Shown in pieces: positions 27,415-37,334 of a stretch of DNA of 64,000 bases (position 1 is the stretch's first letter; every line of letters begins with the position of its first letter). This DNA is from Bacteroidales bacterium (lineage in GTDB: Bacteria > Bacteroidota > Bacteroidia > Bacteroidales > F082), in contig JANJUV010000008.1 in assembly GCA_024710405.1 (NCBI GenBank), forward strand, positions 3,695 to 67,694, given 5' to 3'. Under the pieces are notes generated by a model. That model was not told where the DNA came from and made no database searches. It was given only the letters and a program-made list of their open reading frames with translations. Position numbers and translations under genes: made by a program.

Positions 27415-28071
27415 TTATTCGCAGAATGCCCCATCAGCAATCCAAAGGCCTTTTACCGAAATATCGAGCGATCCGCTGGCTTTCAATGGATGCTTGCTGA
27501 ACAACGATTCGACTCCGGCAACATCACTTCCACTGATGACCAAAAAACCATCGGCAATACTGCTGTTCCATCCTTCATAAACAACTTTTACAGCCTCAAT
27601 ATTTTTGGCCATGAAATCCCGATGCACCTTTTGAACCTGAAAATCATCCCTTCTGCCGGAGGCAGGTGTTATCTTTACAAATACAAGCGAAACCATTTCA
27701 GCACTTTCATGTACCTGACATATAAACCCTTTGGTAGCATTATATGGTGTTAGTGCAAAATCAAATCTTGAGGCTTTAACTGCCGGGTCTGATGAAACGG
27801 CATCTCTTGCTTCATCAATAGTGTTGCACTGAAGGATAAACAACCCCCCGCCCCCTTCAAAAGGACCTGCAGCAAGCAAAACACCAGCATTGTTTAATTC
27901 TCTGATATGCGCAAGATGCTCCTTCTGAATCTGATTGACAGCTTCCTGGCTCAACACAGGTTTGTCAGCTTTACTGATAAGCTCGACCAGATACAGTGAC
28001 TGGGCATGGCCAAAACTGACCGAAAAAACTGAAAGGAAAGCCAGTGTAAAGAAAAACAAAACTCTTTTCAT
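27415..28071 (-). CDS. Secreted protein with two tandem YciI-like domains
   Basis: Signal peptide MKRVLFFFTLAFLSVFSVSFGHAQ. The first domain (HLAHIRELNNAGVLLAAGPFEGGGGLFIL...EARDAVSSDPAV) resembles YciI. A second, more divergent copy follows. Confidence 0.6.
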   Translation of the reverse strand: MKRVLFFFTLAFLSVFSVSFGHAQSLYLVELISKADKPVLSQEAVNQIQKEHLAHIRELNNAGVLLAAGPFEGGGGLFILQCNTIDEARDAVSSDPAVKASRFDFALTPYNATKGFICQVHESAEMVSLVFVKITPASGRRDDFQVQKVHRDFMAKNIEAVKVVYEGWNSSIADGFLVISGSDVAGVESLFSKHPLKASGSLDISVKGLWIADGAFCE

Positions 28072-28254
28072 TGTATATCAGATTTGAAATGTTGATGTTG
28101 CGAAGATAGAAAAAGTTATCCAACACCGACAAATTTCGATCCGAACCCGACAATTTTACCTGCCAGGTCACATAATATATATCTGCTTTGCGCAGCAATA
28201 ATTGTCAGTTGATGGGGAAACTTCATCGAAAAACAAGCAACAAACTATTTACCT

Positions 28255-29610
28255 TTGCTGCCCTTTCTGATCCTGTTTTTGGAAGCAACGGTAACATATA
28301 AACGAATCTGGGAAGTAGCCTACCCAATTATCCTGGGAAGTGTGGCGCAAAACTTAATCAATGTAACCGACACGGCCTTTTTGGGACGAGTTGGTGAAAT
28401 TGAACTTGGGGCCTCTGCTTTGGGCGGAATGTTTTATTTCGTGTTGATTATGCTGGGCATGGGATTCGGCACAGGCACGCAAATCATTATTGCCCGAAGA
28501 TTCGGAGAAGGCAACCATGATGAAATCGGAAAAACCTTCAATCATGCTTTCTATTTCATGATCCCGCTGGCAATAGCATGCTTCGGGCTGATGTTTTTGT
28601 TTTCTTCAGCTATTCTGAGACCTGTAGTCGAGTCTGATGCCATTTTCAACTCAACCATGCAGTATATAGACTTCAGGATGTATGGCATTTTCTTTGCTTT
28701 CGCGCAGGTTTTATTCAGATCCTTCTACATCGGAATTGCATACACACAAGTAATTACCTGGAGCACACTTGTCATGGCGGCAGTTAACATCGTTCTGGAT
28801 TATGTGCTTATATTCGGACACTGGGGATTTCCGCAAATGGGAATACAGGGAGCAGCGCTCGCATCAGTCATTGCTGAATGTACAGCAGTAGTGTATCTTT
28901 ATCTGTACACAAACAAAAAAAAATTTACGCAAAACCACGGGTTATTTCGTTTTAACCGGCCCGATCTGAAACGGTACAACCGTCTGCTTAAGCTTTCTTC
29001 GCCCATTATGGTGCAGAATTTTCTTTCACTCGGGGTTTGGTTTGCATTCTTTCTTGTTGTCGAGAAACTGGGTGAGCAGGCCCTGGCAATTTCGAACATC
29101 ATCAGGAGTATTTACATTGTTTTGATGATTCCGGTCTGGGGTTTTGCTGCTGCAGCTAATTCGCTAACAAGTTATTTGATCGGAATGGGCAAACCCGATG
29201 AGGTGTTCAGGCTTTTGTGGCGGATCATTCTGATGTGTGTAAGCGGGGTAGCTGTTTTTGTACTCGTCAGTTTAGTCATTCCCGAAGCGATAATATCTGT
29301 TTACACCAACGACCCTGACTTATTGCAAGGTTCTGTTCCTGTACTTTTTGTGGTCAATTTTGGTGCTTTAACCATTGCGGTCGGATTTATTTTGTTCAAC
29401 GGAGTGCTTGGCACAGGCAAAACGCATATTTCGTTTATTATCGAAGCGATAGTACTTTCCATCTACCTTGTTTTTGTTTACATGGCTGTCAACACCTTTG
29501 GGGCAAATGTCACACAGGTTTGGGTCTCTGAGGTGGTTTATGGAGTCTTGCTTGCACTTCTTTCATGGCTATATCTCAGAAAGGGTCGATGGTCGGCTTC
29601 CGGAATCTGA
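28255..29610 (+). CDS. MATE-family efflux transporter
   Basis: 12-TM profile with an N-terminus typical of MATE (TYKRIWEVAYPIILGSVAQNLINVTDTAFLGRVG). No in-frame ATG precedes this motif: the frame opens after TGA 28210..28212. The start must therefore be TTG 28255 or TTG 28279. Confidence 0.85.
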   Translation: MLPFLILFLEATVTYKRIWEVAYPIILGSVAQNLINVTDTAFLGRVGEIELGASALGGMFYFVLIMLGMGFGTGTQIIIARRFGEGNHDEIGKTFNHAFYFMIPLAIACFGLMFLFSSAILRPVVESDAIFNSTMQYIDFRMYGIFFAFAQVLFRSFYIGIAYTQVITWSTLVMAAVNIVLDYVLIFGHWGFPQMGIQGAALASVIAECTAVVYLYLYTNKKKFTQNHGLFRFNRPDLKRYNRLLKLSSPIMVQNFLSLGVWFAFFLVVEKLGEQALAISNIIRSIYIVLMIPVWGFAAAANSLTSYLIGMGKPDEVFRLLWRIILMCVSGVAVFVLVSLVIPEAIISVYTNDPDLLQGSVPVLFVVNFGALTIAVGFILFNGVLGTGKTHISFIIEAIVLSIYLVFVYMAVNTFGANVTQVWVSEVVYGVLLALLSWLYLRKGRWSASGI

Positions 29611-29620
29611 TAGAACATGT

Positions 29621-32278
29621 TTAATCCATTCGGTAGCAGGAAACAATTTCTCCGCTATAGGTCAGCATTATAATCCGTCCATCTTTACCGATTGCGTCAA
29701 GTGAAAAAGGATTTTCACCGGCTAGTGTGGCATCAAGAATCAACTTGTGGTCGTGAGAGATGAGGAATATGTTTTCGCTTTTATCGGGATGTATGGCGAT
29801 GTATCTCTTAGCGTCAATATTCAGGAATACCGGTTTCTGCAGTACAGGATAACTGAACTGCTGCTCATACAACTTTGATTTAAATCTGTCGAAAACAACC
29901 ATTCTGTTTCGGTCCACGAATATAAAATCAGCTGCATTATTAAGGTCGAAATCATCATAAAGAAAATGGTGATCCGGACTGAAAACGCCAAAATCAGTTT
30001 TAGAAACCAATCCATTACTATTGATATAGAACAACTTACCTATGCTGTCGGTTGACATCAGTAAACCCTTGGAATTAGTTCTGTTCAGATAGAAACTATT
30101 ATTTGCCGATCGTTGTATATCGCTTTTGACGTTCATCCTTATGTTTCCGTAATCGTCAGTAATCCTTAGCTCTCCATTAATATCGGTAATCATAATATAA
30201 TGCCGTCCTCCAGCCACCAAATGCTCTGCAGGGACAACCATTATGTCGTTTGTTCGCGGAAACTGCCAGCCTGAAGTTGTATTGCCGGAAAAGGAAAAAC
30301 TATGCAAGGATTGATCAGTACAAGGAATAACAAATTGAAAAACAATTCCGTCAGCATCTGTCAAAGGTCTTACTCCAGCTGTTGCCTGTGGACTGAGCTG
30401 AACAGGGAAACCCGGTAGCGATTTGCCGTTCCGATTAATTAAAAACAATTGTGTTGCTGTGTTTAAATAAACCGCAAAATCACCGTCGCGCTTTGTTCTC
30501 ACAACACCAACATCGCCCAGTATCGGGCTTCCTGCCTGAAATTTCCTCAACATTTTTCCGCCGGCCGACAACAAATAAACACTATTATTAACATCCTGCA
30601 CAACAACAATATAATCATTTGACTGAGGTACTCCAATAATCCAAGGCCTACCGGTTGCTGCAGCTTCAAGCCCGGTCTTCCACTCGAGCATACTTTCTTC
30701 TTTGTAATCAGGATTATGCTCCAGATGAATATTCACATACAGCAAATCATCATATGCCGAAAACTGAAAAGACAAACCACCGAAATCATCAAGTAATCCT
30801 CTGTCTGCCTTTAAAGCTGCCGCAACGGAAGGACTCATGAACGCATCAATTAAAGACGACGATTCTCTGACATTCAGAAACAGCATGAGTGAGGATGCAT
30901 CGGCAAGATGGCTCGCAAAATTTGTGAAATTGTCGCTATTGCTCAATGTCCTGCCCTGCAACTGAAGCCGCAGAATTCGATCAAGAATTTCCCTGCTTTC
31001 ACTGACCATGAAATATGTTCCGGTTTGCAATCCCCAACCTGTTGCTGAAAAATTCTGTTTGCCGGTAAAAAACGAGGAAAAGAACCTAAGATTACTTAAA
31101 GGTTGAATAAAGTCGTCTCCGGTCCAGTGTTCATCATCAGTAACGAAGCCATAAAGCCTGAGCCAGTCGTGAAATTCTTGAGTATCATTCTGACGAAAAA
31201 CGATCACAGGTGCTTCAACTCCATCGCTTTTCATCTGAGAAAGTAAAACTTCCGAATCCAACTGCTCCAGAAAAGGACCACGCAACCAGGAAAGGCTATC
31301 GGATAGGTAAGGCTTATTTTCGTATCCAAAAAGTATTTCAGGATCATTCAGACTTGTTAAAATGAACCCTGTGAGGCCGGCAGGCAACACTGAAAAAGCT
31401 TCAGGCATTGTGTTGGTCTGTCCGGTCAGCTGCGACAAAAAACTACTGTCCTTTTCTGATGCTTTGGCATAACCATTGAGCACTAAAGATTGATCACTCA
31501 AAATAAAATCAAGTGCCATCCATCCATTCATTCCGTTCAGTTGTCGGTTTATCAGCGGGTCAGCTCCGGCAATCATCAGCTTACTGATTATTTTTCCAAG
31601 CTCATCCAATTTGATCAGCACATTGTTACCCAGCGAAACATTGCATGTAGCTCTTAATCTTGAGAAAGTCGGATTTTCCAGCAGGGTTCGTCCGGATGCT
31701 AATTGTTCCAGACTTCTTTCCAAGAGTTTTTTATCAAAACTTCCGATAAACAGTCCGTCAGTGATACAAAATTCGTATTGCAATCCTTTGACTGCATCTA
31801 CGGCAAGGTATGTATCAAAATCCCTGAAACTGCGCTTTATCAGGGTTATTGAATTGCCAAATCGCTGCTCGGCAATTTCAATGAGATCGAGTGGATGAAG
31901 CGAACGGCCTACCTCAGCGATAAAAACAAACCCATACTGATCTTCATGTCCGAGCAGTACCAACGCGGCCTTTAACTCTGACAGTTTGCCGGCAAGCACA
32001 GGTTTGTGTATAAACAAACTGTCAAGAAAAGAAATCTGTAATGCAACCCTCCTGAAATAATCGTGTTTCACAAGTGAGGTCCAAATTCCGGGTTCAGCGG
32101 TTAGTTTTTCCCAGCTCAGGCCAATATTGCCTGATTCAATGATGATGCCTGCAGATTCTGGAACTGCATGATAGACCGTCTTGTAGTTCTTTCCGGTCTG
32201 CCCCACAAAAAACCACATGATTAATACCAGCAGCAGGAAAGATATGATGGCAAAGCGTGTGAGTCCTTTATTCGTCAT
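29621..32278 (-). CDS. Large membrane-anchored hypothetical protein (885 aa) with repetitive beta-strand-rich C-terminal half
   Basis: N-terminal anchor FAIISFLLLVLIMWFFV. The C-terminal ~350 aa show recurring motifs: VVVQDVNNSVYLLSAGGKML, AVYLNTATQLFLINRNGKSLPGFP, YIMITDINGELRITDDYGNI, LLMSTDSIGKLFYINSNGLV, DFIFVDRNRMVVFDRF, IIMLTYSGEIVSCY. These suggest a beta-propeller. I recognise no family signature. Confidence 0.7.
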   Translation of the reverse strand: MTNKGLTRFAIISFLLLVLIMWFFVGQTGKNYKTVYHAVPESAGIIIESGNIGLSWEKLTAEPGIWTSLVKHDYFRRVALQISFLDSLFIHKPVLAGKLSELKAALVLLGHEDQYGFVFIAEVGRSLHPLDLIEIAEQRFGNSITLIKRSFRDFDTYLAVDAVKGLQYEFCITDGLFIGSFDKKLLERSLEQLASGRTLLENPTFSRLRATCNVSLGNNVLIKLDELGKIISKLMIAGADPLINRQLNGMNGWMALDFILSDQSLVLNGYAKASEKDSSFLSQLTGQTNTMPEAFSVLPAGLTGFILTSLNDPEILFGYENKPYLSDSLSWLRGPFLEQLDSEVLLSQMKSDGVEAPVIVFRQNDTQEFHDWLRLYGFVTDDEHWTGDDFIQPLSNLRFFSSFFTGKQNFSATGWGLQTGTYFMVSESREILDRILRLQLQGRTLSNSDNFTNFASHLADASSLMLFLNVRESSSLIDAFMSPSVAAALKADRGLLDDFGGLSFQFSAYDDLLYVNIHLEHNPDYKEESMLEWKTGLEAAATGRPWIIGVPQSNDYIVVVQDVNNSVYLLSAGGKMLRKFQAGSPILGDVGVVRTKRDGDFAVYLNTATQLFLINRNGKSLPGFPVQLSPQATAGVRPLTDADGIVFQFVIPCTDQSLHSFSFSGNTTSGWQFPRTNDIMVVPAEHLVAGGRHYIMITDINGELRITDDYGNIRMNVKSDIQRSANNSFYLNRTNSKGLLMSTDSIGKLFYINSNGLVSKTDFGVFSPDHHFLYDDFDLNNAADFIFVDRNRMVVFDRFKSKLYEQQFSYPVLQKPVFLNIDAKRYIAIHPDKSENIFLISHDHKLILDATLAGENPFSLDAIGKDGRIIMLTYSGEIVSCYRMD

Positions 32279-32302
32279 GCAAGTATTGATGGGAAGTCAA
32301 AA

Positions 32303-32310
32303 CAAAATTA
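32303..32310 (-). promoter_or_regulatory. Candidate -7 box (TAATTTTG on minus strand) upstream of the 885-aa gene
   Basis: The plus strand reads CAAAATTA. Lies 25 nt upstream of ATG 32278. Confidence 0.4.
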
Positions 32311-32449
32311 AATAAAAACCATATCCTTGCTAAGGCCCGACAAACAGCAATATTTGTTTCACAGAAAATTAATATGGTATACTTTCTTATAAAACATCTA
32401 ACTCACATTCAGAAATTTCAAAGATTAGAAGATCATTGTAGGGCATTTG

Positions 32450-33052
32450 CTAAAACTCAATTTTTGTCTGGATGCTGCACCTGAAACTCCTGCGATGGTG
32501 CGGACTAAATCCATAAATGAGCATTGCAGTCTGATGTGCGGCGGTTGGATAACCTTTGTTTCGATCCCATCCATATTCAGGAAATTCATTGTGTAATGAC
32601 CGCATCAGTGCATCTCTGTGGGTTTTGGCCAGGATGGAAGCGGCGGCTATAGATCTGTATGTCGCGTCACCGGAAACAATGCATTTGTAAGGGATATTCT
32701 TGTAAGGGTTGAATCTGTTTCCGTCAATCAACAACAGATCGGGCAGCTTGCCACAGGCATCAATGGCTCTGTGCATCGCCAGAAACGAGGCATTCAAAAT
32801 GTTTATTTCATCAATCTCTTCCGGACTGGCTTCACCGATTCCCCAGCAAATGGCTTCGCGCATGATAATCAGAGCCAGTTTTTCTCTGACCAATGCACTG
32901 ATTTTTTTTGAGTCGTTCAGCTGCGCATGATCGAAACACTCAGGCAACATTACGGCTGCAGCCACCACAGGCCCGGCCAGACATCCCCTCCCGGCTTCAT
33001 CACATCCGGTTTCAAATAATCCGGAAGAATAACCTGACTTTAATAAGCCCAT
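32450..33052 (-). CDS. rnhB: Ribonuclease HII
   Basis: Carries [30 protein letters not shown] and [10 protein letters not shown]. Confidence 0.93.
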   Translation of the reverse strand: MGLLKSGYSSGLFETGCDEAGRGCLAGPVVAAAVMLPECFDHAQLNDSKKISALVREKLALIIMREAICWGIGEASPEEIDEINILNASFLAMHRAIDACGKLPDLLLIDGNRFNPYKNIPYKCIVSGDATYRSIAAASILAKTHRDALMRSLHNEFPEYGWDRNKGYPTAAHQTAMLIYGFSPHHRRSFRCSIQTKIEF

Positions 33053-34032
33053 AAATAATCAATATACTGTTGCCCAATGGCGGAAAGCAACAAAACCAAC
33101 AGGGCAATATTTGCCCATCTGATATTTTTCGTGTGTGAAAAAAAACCGGCTACGAAAATTATGGGGACTATCCACATTAAACCACTTCCCAGTCGCGCTT
33201 CCTGTGTCAGAAAATGAAGAGGCCCAAGGGCAAGAAATAAAAACAACAGAATACTGGTGCGCTTTCTCATAATGATACTATTGTCAGCCGATGGCCCCAG
33301 AATCCAGAAAAACGAAACAACCGTCAGTATTATCAATATAGCGGCCTGAATCACATCGGCAACACTAACTATCTGAAATGAAAACGAACTACCGACAGCA
33401 GCCATCAGAAATTCTTCCCATTGCAACAAAAGTGTGTCTGTGAGAAAAAAATATACCGACAGAAAAAAAAACGGTGCCAGAAAACCGCCAAACGGCACAA
33501 TCCAAAGTTTGAAAACATGAGCACGGGCAACAATGAGCGAAAGAAAAACAACAGGAAAAAGCAACACATTCGGCAAATGAAAGAGCACGGCTAAACCTGA
33601 GTAAAAAGACGCGTAAAAAACGGTAAATGGCAAATTCTTGCTATTATAAAAGGCAAGCATATGATACATGGTCGCCAGCACAAAAGGCAGGGAAGCGAGC
33701 CATGGGCTGAATCCTGTGCTGAGATAAAAAGGCCCTGCCATAAGCACGAAAAGCAGCATGCCGTGGGTTCCGGTTCTCAACTGAAAACCTCCCTCAGATA
33801 CAATCCTCCCAAAAAAAAACGATATCACGAGAAAGAATAACAGCAAAAAAACCAAACCAATTTTAGTCTGATTGATAAATAATGGTTGAAACACATCGAA
33901 AAAGGGATGAAATCCGTCAAAAACAATCGATTTGTTCTGACCAACGAAAACGGGGAACCAAAGCAACAGTGCAACAACAACTATGGAAAAGTGCTGAATA
34001 AAGAAACCCGACCTGAAAAACCTGATCAGCAT
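33040..34032 (-). CDS. Polytopic integral membrane protein, function unknown
   Basis: 330 aa, about 9-10 hydrophobic helices and F-rich. Overlaps rnhB by 13 nt. Confidence 0.7.
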   Translation of the reverse strand: MLIRFFRSGFFIQHFSIVVVALLLWFPVFVGQNKSIVFDGFHPFFDVFQPLFINQTKIGLVFLLLFFLVISFFFGRIVSEGGFQLRTGTHGMLLFVLMAGPFYLSTGFSPWLASLPFVLATMYHMLAFYNSKNLPFTVFYASFYSGLAVLFHLPNVLLFPVVFLSLIVARAHVFKLWIVPFGGFLAPFFFLSVYFFLTDTLLLQWEEFLMAAVGSSFSFQIVSVADVIQAAILIILTVVSFFWILGPSADNSIIMRKRTSILLFLFLALGPLHFLTQEARLGSGLMWIVPIIFVAGFFSHTKNIRWANIALLVLLLSAIGQQYIDYLWAY

Positions 34033-34068
34033 AGCAGAATGTTTATAAGTGCTAAAACCAAAAGAATT

Positions 34069-35370
34069 TTAAGAATATTTTTTTTGATAGCGCATCAGAT
34101 CAAGTCCTATGTCTTTCCTTGAATAGGCATCTTTAAACTGAATTTTTGCAACATTCTCATAAGCAAGTGTCCGGGCTTCTTCAAGGCTGTAACCGAGTGC
34201 AGTAAGTGCAAACACCCTTCCTCCGGTACTTTTGACTCCTCCGGTTGAAATGTCGGTTCCGGTACCTCCATGAAAAGCCACGCAGTCATTCAGGCTATTC
34301 AATCCGGTAATCATCATCCCTTTTTCGAACGAACCCGGATAACCCCCTGAGGCAACCACTACTGTCAGTGCATAGCGATCATCGGTCTGCATCTGGCAAC
34401 CGGCAAGCTTACCAGCCACAACAGATTCAAACAATTGCAACAAATCCGATTTAATTCTGGGAAGTATGCACTCTGCTTCAGGATCTCCTAATCTGACATT
34501 ATACTCTATCAGATAGGGCTCCTCCTGCACATTCATCAGTCCCAAAAACAGGAAACCTTTGTAGTCAATTCCTTCTTCTATCAAACCCTGAATTGTAGGC
34601 TTTATTATTTTCTCTTCCACCTTGTTCATGAACCGATTGTCGGCAAAAACAACAGGTGAAACAGCACCCATTCCACCCGTGTTTAATCCCGTGTCGTTAT
34701 CGCCAATACGCTTGTAATCCTTAGCAGCAGGAAGCACTTTATAGTTTTTTCCATCGGTAACAACAAAAACGGAAACCTCTATGCCGGAAAGAAACTCCTC
34801 AATGACCACCTGCCTTGATGCCTTCCCGAATTTGCCGCTGATCATCAGTTTAAGCTCATTGACTGCCTCTTCCAACTCAGATACAATCAACACTCCTTTT
34901 CCGGCAGCCAGGCCATCGGCTTTGAGCACGTATGGTCCCTGACCAAAACTCTTCAAAAAACTGATTCCTTCTTCCAGATTATCGGAACTAACGCTATAAG
35001 ATGAAGCTGTCGGGATTCTGTGTTTTCTCATAAACTCTTTGGCATAAGCCTTGCTGCCTTCGAGTCTGGCGCCGGCAGAAACAGGACCAATGATCCCGAT
35101 ATGAACAAGATGCCTGTTGTTTTGAAAATAATCTGCAATCCCCTCCACAAGAGGCTGTTCTGGCCCAACAACCACAAGATTTATCTGATACTCGATGCAT
35201 GCTTCGCCAATTTGTTCGAAATCATCAAGATCGATGGGTAGGTTGGTCCCCTCCTGAGCAGTTCCTGCATTTCCCGGAGCTGCATAAATCCTGTTCAACG
35301 ACTTGCTTTGACGTAATTTCCAGACCAGAGCATGCTCACGTCCCCCGGAACCAAGAACTAAAACATTCAT
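34069..35370 (-). CDS. purD: Phosphoribosylamine--glycine ligase
   Basis: MNVLVLGSGGREHALVWKL and an ATP-grasp core (VLKADGLAAGKGV..., EYNVRLGDPE). Confidence 0.96.
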   Translation of the reverse strand: MNVLVLGSGGREHALVWKLRQSKSLNRIYAAPGNAGTAQEGTNLPIDLDDFEQIGEACIEYQINLVVVGPEQPLVEGIADYFQNNRHLVHIGIIGPVSAGARLEGSKAYAKEFMRKHRIPTASSYSVSSDNLEEGISFLKSFGQGPYVLKADGLAAGKGVLIVSELEEAVNELKLMISGKFGKASRQVVIEEFLSGIEVSVFVVTDGKNYKVLPAAKDYKRIGDNDTGLNTGGMGAVSPVVFADNRFMNKVEEKIIKPTIQGLIEEGIDYKGFLFLGLMNVQEEPYLIEYNVRLGDPEAECILPRIKSDLLQLFESVVAGKLAGCQMQTDDRYALTVVVASGGYPGSFEKGMMITGLNSLNDCVAFHGGTGTDISTGGVKSTGGRVFALTALGYSLEEARTLAYENVAKIQFKDAYSRKDIGLDLMRYQKKYS

Positions 35371-36515
35371 ATATTTTTATGTTGATTCATTGCTTTTTGA
35401 ATACTCTCCCACAAAAGCTGCGCTGTTTTGTCCCAACTGAAGTCCCTTGACCTTTTAAAGCCCAATTCGACAAGATGTGCACGAAGTTCAGGACTTGATG
35501 AAACCCGCTTCAGGGCATTTTTTATTGATCCTGCATCATATGGATCCACATACTCAGCTGCCTCAGCTGCTACCTCCGGCATGGAAGTCACATTGGAGGT
35601 GATCACAGGCACTCCGGCATTGAAGGCCTCTACGATAGGTATTCCAAAACCCTCAAAGCACGAAACATAAGTTACTGCCAACGCTGATGCCGTAACCCGG
35701 CACAACTCATCCATACCCAGTCGTCCGCAGAAATGCACATTATCTCTGTGTTTCATATTCTCGTACGACTCCCTGATGGATCTGGTCCACCATAATTTCT
35801 CTCCAACAACAAGTAACTCTATATCGTCCGGAGATTCATCCCTGAAGAGATCGAAAGCAGCAAAAAGCCTTGCCAGATTCTTGCGGGGATGTAGGGAACC
35901 CACAAAAAGGAAATATGGTTTGCCGTCGCTGTATGTCGTCCTCACTTGTGAAATTTCAGATGCAGACAGAGGAACAAACTTTGTGCTTGATCCGTTATAT
36001 ACAACATCAACAAGGGAATCCGGCACTCCATACTGAGCAATTATATCTCTTTTCGAGTACTCCGAGACCGTTGCAATCCTGACAGCCTTATGCGCAAATC
36101 TGGGGAAAAAAAATCTGTAATACCACCTGACAAGCCAAGGCAGATCGGCTGGGAAATGCTCAAAATTAAGATCATGCATTACAGCCAATGACTCCGTTCT
36201 TGTCGAAAGCGATAAATATCCATCAGGTGACAGGAAAAGATCCGGTTTTATTTTTCGCAACATACGGGCAACGGAAATTTCGAACCAAACAACAAACAAA
36301 AGTGGATGACGTGCCTGAGGGGAAATCACGATGGGTTTTACATTATCACTGAACAAAAACCCCGGATCTGGCTTGCGGTCAAAAAAAAAGTAAAACGATA
36401 CTTCAGGATGCGCTTTGGTGATCCGCGACAATGTTTCGTAGGTAAACCAGCCTATTCCATCGAGCCTGTTCCGGATCAGCAACCGGGTGTTCACAGCAAT
36501 CCTGATTCTGGGCAT
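35367..36515 (-). CDS. Family 4 (GT-B, group 1) glycosyltransferase
   Basis: Start moved to ATG 36515 (MPRIRIAVNTRLL). C-terminal GT1 motifs: FLFVGSLHPRKN and SCFEGFGIPIVEAFNAGVPVITSN. Overlaps purD by 4 nt. Confidence 0.85.
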   Translation of the reverse strand: MPRIRIAVNTRLLIRNRLDGIGWFTYETLSRITKAHPEVSFYFFFDRKPDPGFLFSDNVKPIVISPQARHPLLFVVWFEISVARMLRKIKPDLFLSPDGYLSLSTRTESLAVMHDLNFEHFPADLPWLVRWYYRFFFPRFAHKAVRIATVSEYSKRDIIAQYGVPDSLVDVVYNGSSTKFVPLSASEISQVRTTYSDGKPYFLFVGSLHPRKNLARLFAAFDLFRDESPDDIELLVVGEKLWWTRSIRESYENMKHRDNVHFCGRLGMDELCRVTASALAVTYVSCFEGFGIPIVEAFNAGVPVITSNVTSMPEVAAEAAEYVDPYDAGSIKNALKRVSSSPELRAHLVELGFKRSRDFSWDKTAQLLWESIQKAMNQHKNI

Positions 36516-36548
36516 TACTTTTTGGTCGAAACGATGATGAATAAGTAA

Positions 36549-36556
36549 TAACTTTG
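36549..36556 (+). promoter_or_regulatory. Candidate -7 box TAACTTTG upstream of the FkbM methyltransferase gene
   Basis: Matches TAnnTTTG. Lies 21 nt upstream of ATG 36577. Confidence 0.4.
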
Positions 36557-36576
36557 CCGCAAATATCCGAATTTTT

Positions 36577-37311
36577 ATGAAGTCGCATGTAAAAAAGATA
36601 CTCCAGAAAGTCCTTGGCTTCGAGTTGTATCTTTTCCTTTTTTCACTTTTCATCATCAAAACATTGCGATGGAATAAGAAGGAAGGTGATTTCATTCATT
36701 TCATCAGGCAAATTCCCGATGGAGGCCTGGTGCTGGATATTGGTGCCAACATTGGCGTAATGTCAGTTTGGCTGAGTACCAAACTTCCCAATTCCAAGAT
36801 ACTAGCTTATGAGCCGATTCCACAAAATATTAAAACACTGAAACGTGTTATAGATCATTACCGGTTGCATAATGTTCAGGTAGTTGAAAAAGCAGTCGGC
36901 AACCACAACGGTTCAGTCGAAATGGTTATGCCTGTCCTGAAGGATGTCAGGATGCAGGGACTAAGCCATGTGAAACATGAGTCCATCACAGATTTTAATG
37001 AAGGCAATACTTATACTGCACCGATCATCAGGCTGGATCAATGTCCCGGAATTATTGAATCAGGACTCAAAGTAACGGCTATCAAACTCGATGTGGAGAA
37101 CTTTGAGTATTTTGCTCTTCAGGGCGCCCATGAATTGATATCAAAGCATCGTCCGGTTATTTACACCGAATTGTGGGATAATGACAACCGCAATGCCTGT
37201 TTTAGATTTATTCAAGATATTGGTTATAAGATATGTGTCATCGAAAGCAACCAGTTAACAGAATATATTGAAGGCAAACATAAGACTCAGAATTTCTTTT
37301 TCATACCTTAG
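36577..37311 (+). CDS. FkbM-family SAM-dependent methyltransferase
   Basis: Carries VLDIGANIGVMSVWLS and IKLDVENFEYFALQGA. Confidence 0.85.
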   Translation: MKSHVKKILQKVLGFELYLFLFSLFIIKTLRWNKKEGDFIHFIRQIPDGGLVLDIGANIGVMSVWLSTKLPNSKILAYEPIPQNIKTLKRVIDHYRLHNVQVVEKAVGNHNGSVEMVMPVLKDVRMQGLSHVKHESITDFNEGNTYTAPIIRLDQCPGIIESGLKVTAIKLDVENFEYFALQGAHELISKHRPVIYTELWDNDNRNACFRFIQDIGYKICVIESNQLTEYIEGKHKTQNFFFIP

Positions 37312-37334
37312 TCCACTGAAACCGGACAGGCTGC

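Noticed and set aside
28212-28300. A possible frameshift at the MATE gene start. ATG 28212 opens a different frame, which terminates after 29 codons.
   Set aside because: The MATE frame is intact from TTG 28255/28279 and begins just before the conserved TYKRIW motif. A non-ATG start explains this more simply than a frameshift does.
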